From positions 1 to 64,000 of the IMG/VR virus record IMGVR_UViG_3300033997_000092: 64,000 bases of DNA; one strand, written 5' to 3'. The first letter of the stretch is position 1, and the number at the start of each line of letters is the position of its first letter. A program made the translations under genes and the position numbers. Positions 26,726 through 36,451 of the stretch are shown here, in pieces. The notes beneath the pieces are model-generated. The model was given only the letters and a program-made list of their open reading frames with translations, ran no database searches and was not told where the DNA came from.

Positions 26726-27591
26726 GCAATCCAATAGCAAAAAATGTGAAAGAAGGTACACGTTGGCGACACCATAACGGCTGTGAATACACAGTGAAGT
26801 GCCTAGCGAACGTCACATCGACTCGGCCTGAATACCCAGTGACCGTTGTTTATGAAGGCGATAATGGACTGACTTGGACAAAGAAGCTCGAAGACTTCCT
26901 TGCTAAGATGACACCAATCGATGAAATATCGAAAAAGTGCAGGGCGTTAGGTTTAAGTAAAGACTTTTTTGAAAGCATGTCAGGAAATCAAGTCGCTGAA
27001 AAAGGCAGTCGTATTGGTCTGAGTTCTTCCTTTGAGAAAGACATGGTTGAATTCGTGGAGCACTTTGATGATAGCAGTTATGGTGCTTTGAACGCAAACA
27101 CTCACGGTGATATTAAACTAAGTCCAACACAGTTGCTTTCGTCGCGTATGTTATCTGTCTCTCTACACAGGTATGACCCGTACGGGTTTGTTGAGTTGTA
27201 CTTACTGAAAACACTGCAAACCATAACAGAAAGCTGGCGCGATTATGTGACACTAGGCTTGAAAAGTCGGGTCATGGTAATAGCTCCTGAAGAATTCGAT
27301 TCGCTGAAATCTGAAATCACAGGCGGCTTTCCTCTGACCTATATGGCAAAAATGGACTGGTTCACTTATACAGAAGTTGAATCTCCTGCCCATGTACTGG
27401 AACTGTCAGCAAACATCCGTTCTACTCTTGTTGATAGTGGCAAAGAATACGCGCTTGTTATTATTGTCGGCTTAGCTGACCGTTTTGCAAATACTTTGCT
27501 TGGCTATTTGTCCAGCGACTTAGTAGAGTTTACCAAAGCAAGTGATGGGTCAACTTTCATATTGAATGTGGCGCGAGGTTACCGTGCATAA
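26722..27591 (+). CDS. DUF1653-like N-terminal domain fused to an unknown domain
   Basis: RWRHHNGCEYTVKCLA...VVYEG...WTKKLEDF pattern. Confidence 0.65.
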   Translation: MSNPIAKNVKEGTRWRHHNGCEYTVKCLANVTSTRPEYPVTVVYEGDNGLTWTKKLEDFLAKMTPIDEISKKCRALGLSKDFFESMSGNQVAEKGSRIGLSSSFEKDMVEFVEHFDDSSYGALNANTHGDIKLSPTQLLSSRMLSVSLHRYDPYGFVELYLLKTLQTITESWRDYVTLGLKSRVMVIAPEEFDSLKSEITGGFPLTYMAKMDWFTYTEVESPAHVLELSANIRSTLVDSGKEYALVIIVGLADRFANTLLGYLSSDLVEFTKASDGSTFILNVARGYRA

Positions 27592-27781
27592 GAATACAGT
27601 AGTTTACCAGCATCCTGTTGTTGGTGAAATATGGATAGCTCCAGGATCGACATCGTTTGAAACATATAACGAAATGTCAAAAGCAAAGAACCCAACAACA
27701 AAGCAAGCACTGAAGGTTGTGTTGGACAAAGAAATAGCTGAATCGTATACCAAATCAGGTATGCGTAACCCAATGAGGTAA
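27584..27781 (+). CDS. hypothetical protein
   Basis: GTG start after GAGG. Confidence 0.55.
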   Translation: MHKNTVVYQHPVVGEIWIAPGSTSFETYNEMSKAKNPTTKQALKVVLDKEIAESYTKSGMRNPMR

Positions 27782-27783
27782 TT

Positions 27784-28653
27784 ATGGATATTGTAAAATT
27801 CGGTTTGATAGTTATGTCGGTTCTGGCCGTAATGTTTGCGTTCGGTTATTTTCGCATGAAAGACCGTTACGAGGTCATATCAGCAGATTACAAACAATCT
27901 TGTTCTGATCACGAACGCAAGTGTATTATCCTGAAAAATGCTGAACGAAATGCAGTCAGTGCAAAAACACGTTTGGAAAAAATGTGTAATAAACATGGCA
28001 TATGCACTGTATGTGGCTCAATGTTTTCACACGACATAGATGAACCATTTGCTTCATGTAAATGTGGTACGTCTGAATGGTACACAATGACTCCGTATAT
28101 GATTCTGGAGCAGAAGATCTACAACTTGCGTAAGTACATTGCAGCGCTAAACGCCAGTTTCAAATATGGTAGTAACGATCAGATTGTTGAAGGTATTGTA
28201 AAACACAATGCAAATCTGGCATGGCGCAAAACAAACAACACAAACAGTATGGGTCAGACTGGGTATGAGCCTATTCTTACACTGAACGGCATACCGTGCC
28301 CAGCGCTGTTAAATATTCACCTGCTGTACGATGTACCTGAAGACTGCCAGGAGTTTGCTAGTCCTAAACAGGAAACAGAAGACGTTGGTACAAGTGGGCA
28401 AACTATTGAGCTTGAAGGTTTAAAAGGTCCTGCAGGTGGAAATTATCCGTATTTAGATGGCGGTCCTGGTCCTACAGGTGCACCATCAACACACGACGAC
28501 AATGCCAAATCTTTCTTCGATAATCAGGAGTTTAGCAGGACGGTACGTGTAGACACACCTACAGTACATTCGGATCCTGCTCCGTCTCCGTCTCCAGCAC
28601 CTGATTACTCAGCATCGTCGTCTAGCAGCGGAGGAACAAGTGGTTGCGATTAA
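27784..28653 (+). CDS. membrane-anchored protein with a Zn ribbon and Pro/Ser-rich tail
   Basis: N-terminal TM helix, CTVC...CKC and C-terminal PAPSPSPAPDYSASSSSSGG. Confidence 0.7.
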   Translation: MDIVKFGLIVMSVLAVMFAFGYFRMKDRYEVISADYKQSCSDHERKCIILKNAERNAVSAKTRLEKMCNKHGICTVCGSMFSHDIDEPFASCKCGTSEWYTMTPYMILEQKIYNLRKYIAALNASFKYGSNDQIVEGIVKHNANLAWRKTNNTNSMGQTGYEPILTLNGIPCPALLNIHLLYDVPEDCQEFASPKQETEDVGTSGQTIELEGLKGPAGGNYPYLDGGPGPTGAPSTHDDNAKSFFDNQEFSRTVRVDTPTVHSDPAPSPSPAPDYSASSSSSGGTSGCD

Positions 28654-28822
28654 TGTAGTAAGTGCTATAGTGATCCTTACTGTCGTCATTGGGTACTTAT
28701 GTACCCTGATGTCGGCACGTAAGACACCAGCCGTCCGTAAGACTGTAGCTGTAGTAATCGGTCTAAGTTCATTATATGTGATAACGCATTTGGCAGTATC
28801 ACTAACTAAAGGTGCTGTATGA
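28640..28822 (+). CDS. small 2-TM membrane protein
   Basis: Two hydrophobic helices; fills the gap between neighbours. Confidence 0.55.
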   Translation: MVAINVVSAIVILTVVIGYLCTLMSARKTPAVRKTVAVVIGLSSLYVITHLAVSLTKGAV

Positions 28823-29253
28823 GTACAAATGCGCTGATCGAATTTCGATATTCTGACGGTCCTCCAATTACGCGCTTCTATATCCACAGCAACGCCAGCC
28901 GTAAGATGATACAGGAAGCCTTAACTAAACACATTGAGGCAACAAAACAAAGTCGCCTTATCGAGCGCGGTGGACCTGACCTTCAATCAATAGTAACACG
29001 CATGGTACGTGATTTGATTGATGTGTCTGGATTCAAATCTCGTATCTGGAATACGAATGGCGACTTCAAACAACGCAGTGTAGTTTATGCTTACACGGTC
29101 CAGGCAAGTCCTGACTGGGACTCGTCTGACCCAAGCAAGTACGATGACCACTTAATCGTGACTAGCTTCGATAGCCGTGACAACGTAGAGTTTACTTGCC
29201 CACTAAGTAAACTTGCTGATTTCAATGATGAAAATGAAGAGGAAATGACATGA
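28819..29253 (+). CDS. hypothetical protein
   Basis: ATGA overlap with the upstream gene. Confidence 0.7.
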   Translation: MSTNALIEFRYSDGPPITRFYIHSNASRKMIQEALTKHIEATKQSRLIERGGPDLQSIVTRMVRDLIDVSGFKSRIWNTNGDFKQRSVVYAYTVQASPDWDSSDPSKYDDHLIVTSFDSRDNVEFTCPLSKLADFNDENEEEMT

Positions 29254-29768
29254 AACCTATTTTCATAATTGGCTATACCGAGTGCCTTGGCCGTCTAAGA
29301 ATAGTAAACTGGAGCAAGAAGCATCCAGATCCTGATGACACGTACCGTTACGCAGCCAAAGCAAAATCTGCAACTATTCAGGACTTTTTGAAGTCGGAAG
29401 TGAAGTTTGCTTTCCGTGTGCAAGACACAGTAGTACCACGTCCTACGACTTTGGAAGAAACTGATCATAACGGTCTTGATGTTAAACTGCACAGGTATCA
29501 GAATATCACTGTGCAACTTGAAGATCTGGCTGTGGTTGTCGTTAAAGTACACGAAGACGACACAGGTATTTACTATGCTGTTGGTGAAACAAATGAACGT
29601 ACCCATATAAAGCGTGTCAACAAGTCCAAAGCTTGGGTCATCTATGAGCTGTTGACAGTTCACCAATGTACCGACGTAAATAATCCAATTGAAGTCAAAT
29701 TGAATCCAATCTTAAAAGACTTCTTCGACACAAATGAAACAATGCTGCTGGATTTATTGAAGCAGTAA
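29250..29768 (+). CDS. hypothetical protein
   Basis: ATGA overlap with the upstream gene. Confidence 0.7.
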   Translation: MKPIFIIGYTECLGRLRIVNWSKKHPDPDDTYRYAAKAKSATIQDFLKSEVKFAFRVQDTVVPRPTTLEETDHNGLDVKLHRYQNITVQLEDLAVVVVKVHEDDTGIYYAVGETNERTHIKRVNKSKAWVIYELLTVHQCTDVNNPIEVKLNPILKDFFDTNETMLLDLLKQ

Positions 29769-29781
29769 GCAGGAGGCCGTT

Positions 29782-30435
29782 ATGCCTAGAAATTTTCCAG
29801 ATATTGACAGTTTGAAAAACAATGCTGCGTGGCGTGGCTTTCGTCAACCTCAAGAAGGAGAAACAGAAGCACAGTATCGAGAAGACTTTTACAACTTCAT
29901 GCTGTATGTTGACTCAGTTGAAGCCGGCGAGATACGTGCAGGTGTAGGTTGGGACAAACAATCACCTCTATCGATACTCAGTGCGTTTGTTGATCAAAGC
30001 AATGCACCTAAGTATGTTTGGCAACTGGGTCTTTTACAAGACGACCCTGCGTTCTTCACAAATTTACGGACGTCTGTTAATGGACGGGGACGTACAGTGA
30101 TAGAAGTGGACTACGTTGACCCAAGTATCAAAGAAAAATACTCTGAGGAATACGTTAAGCAATACACAGCCAAATTTACTATCAAACACGTTATGGCTGA
30201 ACCAAAAGGTTTTGAATGTGTGGCGAGCCTTGATATGTGCGGTGAGACCATCAGTATGTTGAAACACAAACAAACAGGTGAAGTGTATACTGTCGTATCG
30301 GCAGCTACATTTGCTATAGCGCAACCGAAAGACATTTGTTTCCAATGTACAGATACACAGGATACTGTAACCGGATCTTCGGTACCTGAAGAAATGCTGT
30401 GCAAGTACCTGGACAAAAGCGTTAAAGTACAGTGA
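29782..30435 (+). CDS. hypothetical protein
   Basis: AGGAGG RBS. Confidence 0.75.
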   Translation: MPRNFPDIDSLKNNAAWRGFRQPQEGETEAQYREDFYNFMLYVDSVEAGEIRAGVGWDKQSPLSILSAFVDQSNAPKYVWQLGLLQDDPAFFTNLRTSVNGRGRTVIEVDYVDPSIKEKYSEEYVKQYTAKFTIKHVMAEPKGFECVASLDMCGETISMLKHKQTGEVYTVVSAATFAIAQPKDICFQCTDTQDTVTGSSVPEEMLCKYLDKSVKVQ

Positions 30436-30438
30436 TAT

Positions 30439-30464
30439 AGGACCTTCGGGTCCTTTTCATTTTG
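30439..30464 (+). terminator. intrinsic terminator with a C(UUCG)G tetraloop
   Basis: AGGACC-TTCG-GGTCCT followed by TTTCATTTT. Confidence 0.8.
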
Positions 30465-30472
30465 AGGTAGAT

Positions 30473-31087
30473 ATGGCAATATTCGTTTGTGACGTATGTG
30501 ATTGCGTCGAGAATTCAACTGAAGGTAACTGGTGGTTCCGTAGTAAGGACGCTGGTGTGGCCAAGTGTAGTTTCTGCTCTAAAGGCCAGTGGCATAAATG
30601 TTTTCCACGTCAACGATGGGACCAAAAACGGCGTGTAGAGAATAGGCAAGTTGTCGATGGACCTTATCCAGAGTATCTATACGAAAAAGATAGTTGGATG
30701 CAGGACTCTGTCGAATTAAAATATCCAGTGTACGAAGGTGAACGCAACCTGTATATCCAACGTGATGGATTCTATTTGTTCTTTCACCTGCCTTCAGGTA
30801 TAGGTCATGAGAAAACAATCGGATATGTCACTGTGATACGCAGTAAAGAACTCCTGAGTAACATCCAGTCTGATATTATCCTTAACCCACGCAAATACGC
30901 AAGGATTCGATTAGATATTCTTGCTGCTCTGAAAATTGCCGATAAAATGTTTGGGAAAGATTTTGACAGGTCATGTGTTGTTGCAGGAGGCTTGTTTGAA
31001 GCAATTGAATCAGAGATACTGGGACTGGAAAGCTTGTTATCCACAGGCTTAACTCTGGCAGAAAAAGCGCACAGTAACCTTGCCTAG
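30473..31087 (+). CDS. hypothetical protein with an N-terminal Zn ribbon
   Basis: CDVC...CSFC; GAGG RBS. Confidence 0.75.
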   Translation: MAIFVCDVCDCVENSTEGNWWFRSKDAGVAKCSFCSKGQWHKCFPRQRWDQKRRVENRQVVDGPYPEYLYEKDSWMQDSVELKYPVYEGERNLYIQRDGFYLFFHLPSGIGHEKTIGYVTVIRSKELLSNIQSDIILNPRKYARIRLDILAALKIADKMFGKDFDRSCVVAGGLFEAIESEILGLESLLSTGLTLAEKAHSNLA

Positions 31088-31116
31088 GCTTTAGCTGTAT
31101 TTTCGGAGAAAATTAA

Positions 31117-31707
31117 ATGAATATTTCCGCCAAAATCGATTTGGATAATTACCCAAACAGCTACTTTAAATATGTGATTTCGCATACAATATTTTATTTG
31201 AAAGGCATTAAATTTAAGAGGGCATCTACAGGCATATCAGCCCACTCAACTAAAGGGCAATCCGGACTTGATGCCACAGGATTAAGTTTTATTGTTCCAT
31301 TCATTCAAACCTTATCTGACATCCAACTGGAAGCTATGAACAAGTGCAGCTCACTGATGGGATGTTTTGGCCAAAAGGATTTAAATCCTAAGATACTTGA
31401 GTTAAAATACCTAACAGGAATAGAACATAAATCCGGTGAGGATAAAACAAACACAAATATCTACGTGATACATGCAAACGCTAATGCAGAAGTGTCCGCC
31501 ATCAAAGACGCGAATTCGCGTATCAACTTAAAACGTGGAAGTATTATCGTGGCCGAAGTTACCGATCCATCAGATACCGTGTCATTACTCCCTGAACTTA
31601 TTCCAAAGTTGCAATTCCTGTCCAAACGTGATTTCTTTTTAAAGCAGGGATGGGAAATAGTATCAGAGACAGACAATATTTTGCGTATGAAAAGAACAGT
31701 TTCATAG
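31117..31707 (+). CDS. hypothetical protein
   Basis: GGAG RBS. Confidence 0.7.
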   Translation: MNISAKIDLDNYPNSYFKYVISHTIFYLKGIKFKRASTGISAHSTKGQSGLDATGLSFIVPFIQTLSDIQLEAMNKCSSLMGCFGQKDLNPKILELKYLTGIEHKSGEDKTNTNIYVIHANANAEVSAIKDANSRINLKRGSIIVAEVTDPSDTVSLLPELIPKLQFLSKRDFFLKQGWEIVSETDNILRMKRTVS

Positions 31708-31732
31708 TTTTAAGTTATAAGAAGGAAATAAG

Positions 31733-32434
31733 ATGTATATCAGCGCAGAGGTAAGAAAGGAACTGTCAGAAGAAGACCTATTGGCAGTTGACGCATACAG
31801 AGACCAGCTATCTATATCGCTCCAGTTCAAGGCCATTATGGCAGAACTCATGCGTGAGTTTAGTGGGTCATTTATCGATTTCCATTTAAAAGCGCGTATA
31901 GAGGAACGCCTACATCAAGCAGCCGCTACTTTGAAAGAAGGAATACAGATATTAAAATCCTTTACGCCTATGGAAAAGCACAATCTGGTATTTTGCTTGA
32001 AGTGTGACAGCATTCAAGACTCGGTGACTGTTTATCCAACAGAGCCCTTAAATTCTATACTGGAATGTACATACGGACATGCAGTAAGGTATAGCCTAGT
32101 AGCCGCTAAAATCAAGCGAATTGAAGATATACAATACAGGAAGAAGCAGGAAGAACACAACAGACTACATTATATTGGAACGCATGTTAAACGGTCTGAA
32201 TATCCATGTAATGACGAAACAAGCATGTCGCCTGCAGAAATGCGTGAAAGAGGATACATTCCTAAAGGGTACGAATTAGTTCCTATGGAAGTGCTTGCTC
32301 TACTCATTGAAGCTGGAAGGGACCCGTATTCCCTGGCCGTAGGAGGCGAAACTAACGCCCAAATGATACGCCAGGCGTCCCGTGCGGCACAGAATTTAGT
32401 TGACCGTAGACAAACAGCAGGCAAAAAGAAATGA
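31733..32434 (+). CDS. hypothetical protein
   Basis: AAGGA RBS; last gene of the + strand block. Confidence 0.75.
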   Translation: MYISAEVRKELSEEDLLAVDAYRDQLSISLQFKAIMAELMREFSGSFIDFHLKARIEERLHQAAATLKEGIQILKSFTPMEKHNLVFCLKCDSIQDSVTVYPTEPLNSILECTYGHAVRYSLVAAKIKRIEDIQYRKKQEEHNRLHYIGTHVKRSEYPCNDETSMSPAEMRERGYIPKGYELVPMEVLALLIEAGRDPYSLAVGGETNAQMIRQASRAAQNLVDRRQTAGKKK

Positions 32435-32458
32435 AAAAGGCACCGGTTAGGGTGCCTT
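32432..32458 (-). terminator. terminator at the convergence of the two gene blocks
   Basis: On the minus strand: AAGGCACC-CTAACC-GGTGCCTT followed by TTTCA. Confidence 0.75.
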
Positions 32459-32779
32459 CACAAATACAATTCCTATCTTTTTACTTGGTCTAGCTGTAGA
32501 TATAAGCGTTACTTTGTCCTTGTCTACGTGGACAGCAAACTTCTCCATATCCTCATTAAACTTCTGCTTTACAATAGGACCAAGCAATTCAACTACTTTC
32601 TTGTAGATACGTAATTCACGTATATCCAGAGACTCTAGTTGTTGCTTGGCACTTTTAGGAACCTTAGCTCCTCGCCTAATATCGTCTGCCACTAAAACAC
32701 TTTGTCCAAAGAAGCGTTTTGATACTTCCCAGTACAACTGGAATAAACGCAGATGTCTTGCCTTCAGATAAATCTTCAT
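32447..32779 (-). CDS. hypothetical protein
   Basis: 110 aa; coupled to the upstream gene. Confidence 0.65.
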   Translation of the reverse strand: MKIYLKARHLRLFQLYWEVSKRFFGQSVLVADDIRRGAKVPKSAKQQLESLDIRELRIYKKVVELLGPIVKQKFNEDMEKFAVHVDKDKVTLISTARPSKKIGIVFVKAP

Positions 32780-33099
32780 ATAAAACTTCCTGTCTTATCA
32801 TCAGACACAGAGTATTGCATGTTTATGCCGTCAGGTCCACACGAATTTAATAGGCCTTCCCTGAATGAAGAACCATACATCAGGTTTAACTGCTCAGGTA
32901 CAACAACGCGCAGACAATGCAGTGTTATTGATTCCCGGACTGATTTGTCACGTGGACAAACATCGATGATCAATGTGCTAAGAAATCCAGTTGAAGCAGT
33001 TGGAGCAAACTCTGCTTTGAGTTCACCCGCTGCTAACTTACTGAATATAGGAAGGCACATTAGCTTATCAGTGACATTGATATAGTTCTGTCCCCACAT
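32776..33099 (-). CDS. hypothetical protein
   Basis: 107-aa ORF in the minus-strand operon. Confidence 0.55.
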   Translation of the reverse strand: MWGQNYINVTDKLMCLPIFSKLAAGELKAEFAPTASTGFLSTLIIDVCPRDKSVRESITLHCLRVVVPEQLNLMYGSSFREGLLNSCGPDGINMQYSVSDDKTGSFI

Positions 33100-33112
33100 A
33101 CATGCTCCCGTA

Positions 33113-33952
33113 CTACTTGATTTTCACAATCTTGAAGATGTGCTTAGGCAAAAGTTGAATCTTATCAACAATAGATTCCTCTTCTACCAAAGTACCAGGC
33201 TCATATGAGTAAGAGTCCCCTCCAGGCAGCGCACCAAGTTCAGCCAACTTAATCAAATCGGAGTTCTTTTGCACGAACGTATGGATATCAAGCATTACCT
33301 TTTGGTCGGTCAGTTGGAATATAATTCCATAACTTGAGCCATCTATACGATCAAGGCTAGTCCCAGCTCGCCCAGTGGCATATATACGGGCTTTCTTCGG
33401 ATTAAGAGTCCAGCTCGTTGGATTTGTCAACGTGAGTCCGTTACGTTTAATCTCCTTGAGTTGATCCGCAGAGACCCGCATACCACGATACAATACAGGA
33501 ACTTTATCGGCATAAGGCTTGAGTAAATTGCCGTACCGTAGAATCTTCTGCAACGCTTCTTGGTTGTTTGGAGTTGTTGTCCAGCTCATTATATCAACGA
33601 GAAGACGCGCACGTACTTTGATAGATTTATCGCTAAGTAGTGGTTTGATTGCCGTTAACTCTTTGGTTATGTTTACAAACTTTCTGGGTGTAAAAGGCAG
33701 ATTAGCTTTCTTCCAACTACCCAAAACATTAGCGTTGTGGTTAAACACACCATCAGGCATAACACGCAACATAACGTAAGGCAGCTTCTCTACCGAAATA
33801 TGGTAAAAGTGTTTCGATCCTAAATTACGCTTTGACACGGAAGGCTTGAAACCGGCAGCTTTAATCGCATCAGTAATTAAACTCAACGCCGTAAGCATGT
33901 CTTGGTCTGACAGTCCTTTTTTAGGTTCATCTAACGATAGTTGAATTTTCAT
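33113..33952 (-). CDS. putative ADP-ribosyltransferase (R-S-E clade)
   Basis: VLYRGM, PTSWT and LVEEESIV appear in canonical order. Confidence 0.68.
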   Translation of the reverse strand: MKIQLSLDEPKKGLSDQDMLTALSLITDAIKAAGFKPSVSKRNLGSKHFYHISVEKLPYVMLRVMPDGVFNHNANVLGSWKKANLPFTPRKFVNITKELTAIKPLLSDKSIKVRARLLVDIMSWTTTPNNQEALQKILRYGNLLKPYADKVPVLYRGMRVSADQLKEIKRNGLTLTNPTSWTLNPKKARIYATGRAGTSLDRIDGSSYGIIFQLTDQKVMLDIHTFVQKNSDLIKLAELGALPGGDSYSYEPGTLVEEESIVDKIQLLPKHIFKIVKIK

Positions 33953-33955
33953 ACA

Positions 33956-35605
33956 CTACTCCGTATCTTTAGAAGCTTTATCTATGGCTGTCTGGATAGC
34001 ATTGTTAGGGCGCACACCCAGCTCACGGAAAAACTCTTTCAACAGGCCCGGATCGATATAGTTTTGGATTGCTGTTGTAGCAGTCACTTTATCACCGTTC
34101 ATATGTCCCAGCTTCTCACCTACCTTCTTCAATGCTTCCAATACCCATTTGTTTACAGCAGCATCGGTTGCATTGCGCCCTTTACCAAATGGGTGCTTGG
34201 CAAGGATTTCCTTAGTAAGGATTGTACCACGTGCATGGCGGAAGTTGTGGGCAGTGACTCCATCAGGAGCACCAATACGCTTCAGGTAGTCGTTGACTTT
34301 TGAACCAGTAACACGGCTTTGACGAGGACCATACGTCATTAAAAAGTCGCCGCTATTTTTCCCATCAGCTAGTTGTCGGAGCAAACCACGCAACAGACCA
34401 GTTATGTGCGTATTGGAAGGTATAGTGTGTTTTTGTGCAATACCTTTCTTGCCAATATACTTCAATGTGAAGCTATTTGCCGCCTTATCCAAGAACTCTT
34501 TCACTTTCAGGCTACTAATACCTGTAGCGCCAGTTGCACTACCTATACGGCCTGACGTTATATAGATGGTTTCTATGATAACAGCGCATACTGTGTCCAG
34601 TGAGTTTATATCACCAGACAGATCACGGCGCCAGCGTTTTTGTAGTTTCGGAAGGCTATCAATCAGTTCTTTAACAGTGTCGAATTTGCCCACTGTCGCA
34701 GACTTCTTATAGTTGATAGTGTAGATGCGTTGGGGCTGACCATTACCAAACAAAGGATAATGGAGGAAGACATAAGTGTCGTCTTTAACTGGGTCATATT
34801 TCGTATTCAACTCTATTCGGCCTGTAACAGCACCGTTGATTTTAACTTTAGCAGAAGTGTACAATGCGCCTGCTTCATCCAGATACCCGTCAAACATAGG
34901 CAGCTTATGTTTTATGTTCAACTTAGCCATGTGTCTGTGGACGTCTTTCAAATGGACAAGCTTTGCGCCTGAACCACGCACTAACCGCAATATTTCGGAT
35001 TTGACTACAGCACCTATATCACGATTAAGTTTCAGGAACTGTTTGTATACTTCGGCATTTTTAGCACGTAAGGCTTCTTTCTGTTCGACAGTAACGCTGT
35101 CAGAATTCACACCAAAATGCTTCTTAGAAAAGACCTGCAAGTCTTTAATTAGGGCACTCTGGTCATTTGTTTCAGTGTGATTGAACATACCACTCAGTGT
35201 AGTGTCTCCAAGCAATGACACGTTTTTGGTCATTTGTTTCTTGGCAGTTTCACTGTCCCGAAGCACGATAGATACAAAGTTATTGATAAGGCCGAGTTGA
35301 GCTTTACTCAAATCAGTTTCTTTTTCAAGTAAAGCACGTTTGGCTTTCAGTGCCTCAGCCAGATCAATGATGTCTTCTGTATCTTCACCTTTCAATGTAT
35401 CAGCAAGTACACGGGCCAAAATAGGCTTCCGTAACTTGAACCGCTCCATGAATTCGTCAGTTTGTTTGTGCCAAGTAACGGCATCTTTCATTGCTTGTTT
35501 GTCCATCTGCCTTTCAAACACATGGACAGCTATAAACAAAGTGATTAGCTTTAAGAAGCTGTGGGCTGTAGTAGAAGATACAGCCGATTGTGATAAAAGA
35601 GTCAT
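33956..35605 (-). CDS. type IB DNA topoisomerase-like tyrosine transesterase
   Basis: SGRIG (R), YIGKKG (K), HNFRH (R), KLGH (H) and AIQNYIDP (Y). Confidence 0.82.
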   Translation of the reverse strand: MTLLSQSAVSSTTAHSFLKLITLFIAVHVFERQMDKQAMKDAVTWHKQTDEFMERFKLRKPILARVLADTLKGEDTEDIIDLAEALKAKRALLEKETDLSKAQLGLINNFVSIVLRDSETAKKQMTKNVSLLGDTTLSGMFNHTETNDQSALIKDLQVFSKKHFGVNSDSVTVEQKEALRAKNAEVYKQFLKLNRDIGAVVKSEILRLVRGSGAKLVHLKDVHRHMAKLNIKHKLPMFDGYLDEAGALYTSAKVKINGAVTGRIELNTKYDPVKDDTYVFLHYPLFGNGQPQRIYTINYKKSATVGKFDTVKELIDSLPKLQKRWRRDLSGDINSLDTVCAVIIETIYITSGRIGSATGATGISSLKVKEFLDKAANSFTLKYIGKKGIAQKHTIPSNTHITGLLRGLLRQLADGKNSGDFLMTYGPRQSRVTGSKVNDYLKRIGAPDGVTAHNFRHARGTILTKEILAKHPFGKGRNATDAAVNKWVLEALKKVGEKLGHMNGDKVTATTAIQNYIDPGLLKEFFRELGVRPNNAIQTAIDKASKDTE

Positions 35606-36393
35606 TCAAAAATCTCCTTCATAGAATCCGCGAATATTTTTATTTCTGGCGAATCCAATTTTAATCCTTCTTCCAGTAAAAAGTTGCTATAGATGTCAGG
35701 TAGCCCTTGTATAGCTGCTTTACTTGCAGCAACAAATGCCGCAGCAGTTACAGTTCCATTGACATCGTATTCTACGGCTTTCACTGCTTCCTCTAAGAAG
35801 ACAGTATCCATATCCCAAGATTTCAACACTGCCCTTGTAAGTGTCTTTACAAGGTTCGGATTGATCATGCTCAAATCTAAGTCATCAATACCGTTAGCAT
35901 CAGCTTCAGCAATAATAGGCAAATAACCTATGTTGCTTATCATGCCATGTAACATCAGATCATCCGAGCTACATGCGTTGGGAAAGCGTGAATGGTAATG
36001 CAGTGAAAGTGCCATACAGGCAACATCACACGATTCTTTGTATAGGTTACGTATCAATGTTTTATTCTTGCCGTGACGACCAACAAAGACTTGTTCCAAT
36101 GCAATAGCACTGACAATGTTTTTAATCCGACCAATGCCAATACGGATAACGGCTGCCTTCAGGTCTGTAATACGAACAGGAGAAGATAGAAGGGCACTAT
36201 TCGATATTTTCAAGATGCGTAATGACATCGACGGGTCTTGAATCAGTATATTTGCTATCTGGTGTGCTGTAGCCAGTTCATTGTCGAATGCCCGTAGCAC
36301 TTTAATAGCAATCTCAGGAAGCGTAGGCAACACTAAATAGCCTGTGGATAGTTTACTTCGCACAGTAGATGCAAGCATACTTAGTTTAGACAT
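35602..36393 (-). CDS. HDOD-domain protein
   Basis: LPTLPEIAIKV, QDPSMSLRILKISNS, LKAAVIRIG and ISNIG (degenerate HD); ATG at 36393 after GGAG. Confidence 0.85.
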   Translation of the reverse strand: MSKLSMLASTVRSKLSTGYLVLPTLPEIAIKVLRAFDNELATAHQIANILIQDPSMSLRILKISNSALLSSPVRITDLKAAVIRIGIGRIKNIVSAIALEQVFVGRHGKNKTLIRNLYKESCDVACMALSLHYHSRFPNACSSDDLMLHGMISNIGYLPIIAEADANGIDDLDLSMINPNLVKTLTRAVLKSWDMDTVFLEEAVKAVEYDVNGTVTAAAFVAASKAAIQGLPDIYSNFLLEEGLKLDSPEIKIFADSMKEIFE

Positions 36394-36411
36394 ATGAAAC
36401 TCCATACAAGA

Positions 36412-36440
36412 TAAAGAAAAGGGAGCACTTTGGCTCCCTT
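36412..36440 (-). terminator. intrinsic terminator
   Basis: On the minus strand: AAGGGAGC-CAAAGT-GCTCCCTT followed by TTCTTTA. Confidence 0.8.
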
Positions 36441-36451
36441 CAAAGATACAC

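Noticed and set aside
28400-28490. Collagen-like Gly-X-Y stretch (GLKGPAG, GPGPTGAP)
   Set aside because: Only two or three triplets and interrupted; too short for a triple helix.
32753-33085. 110-aa + strand ORF competing with 32776..33099 on the minus strand
   Set aside because: The minus-strand ORF fits the operon and its coupling; the + ORF lies past the convergent terminator.
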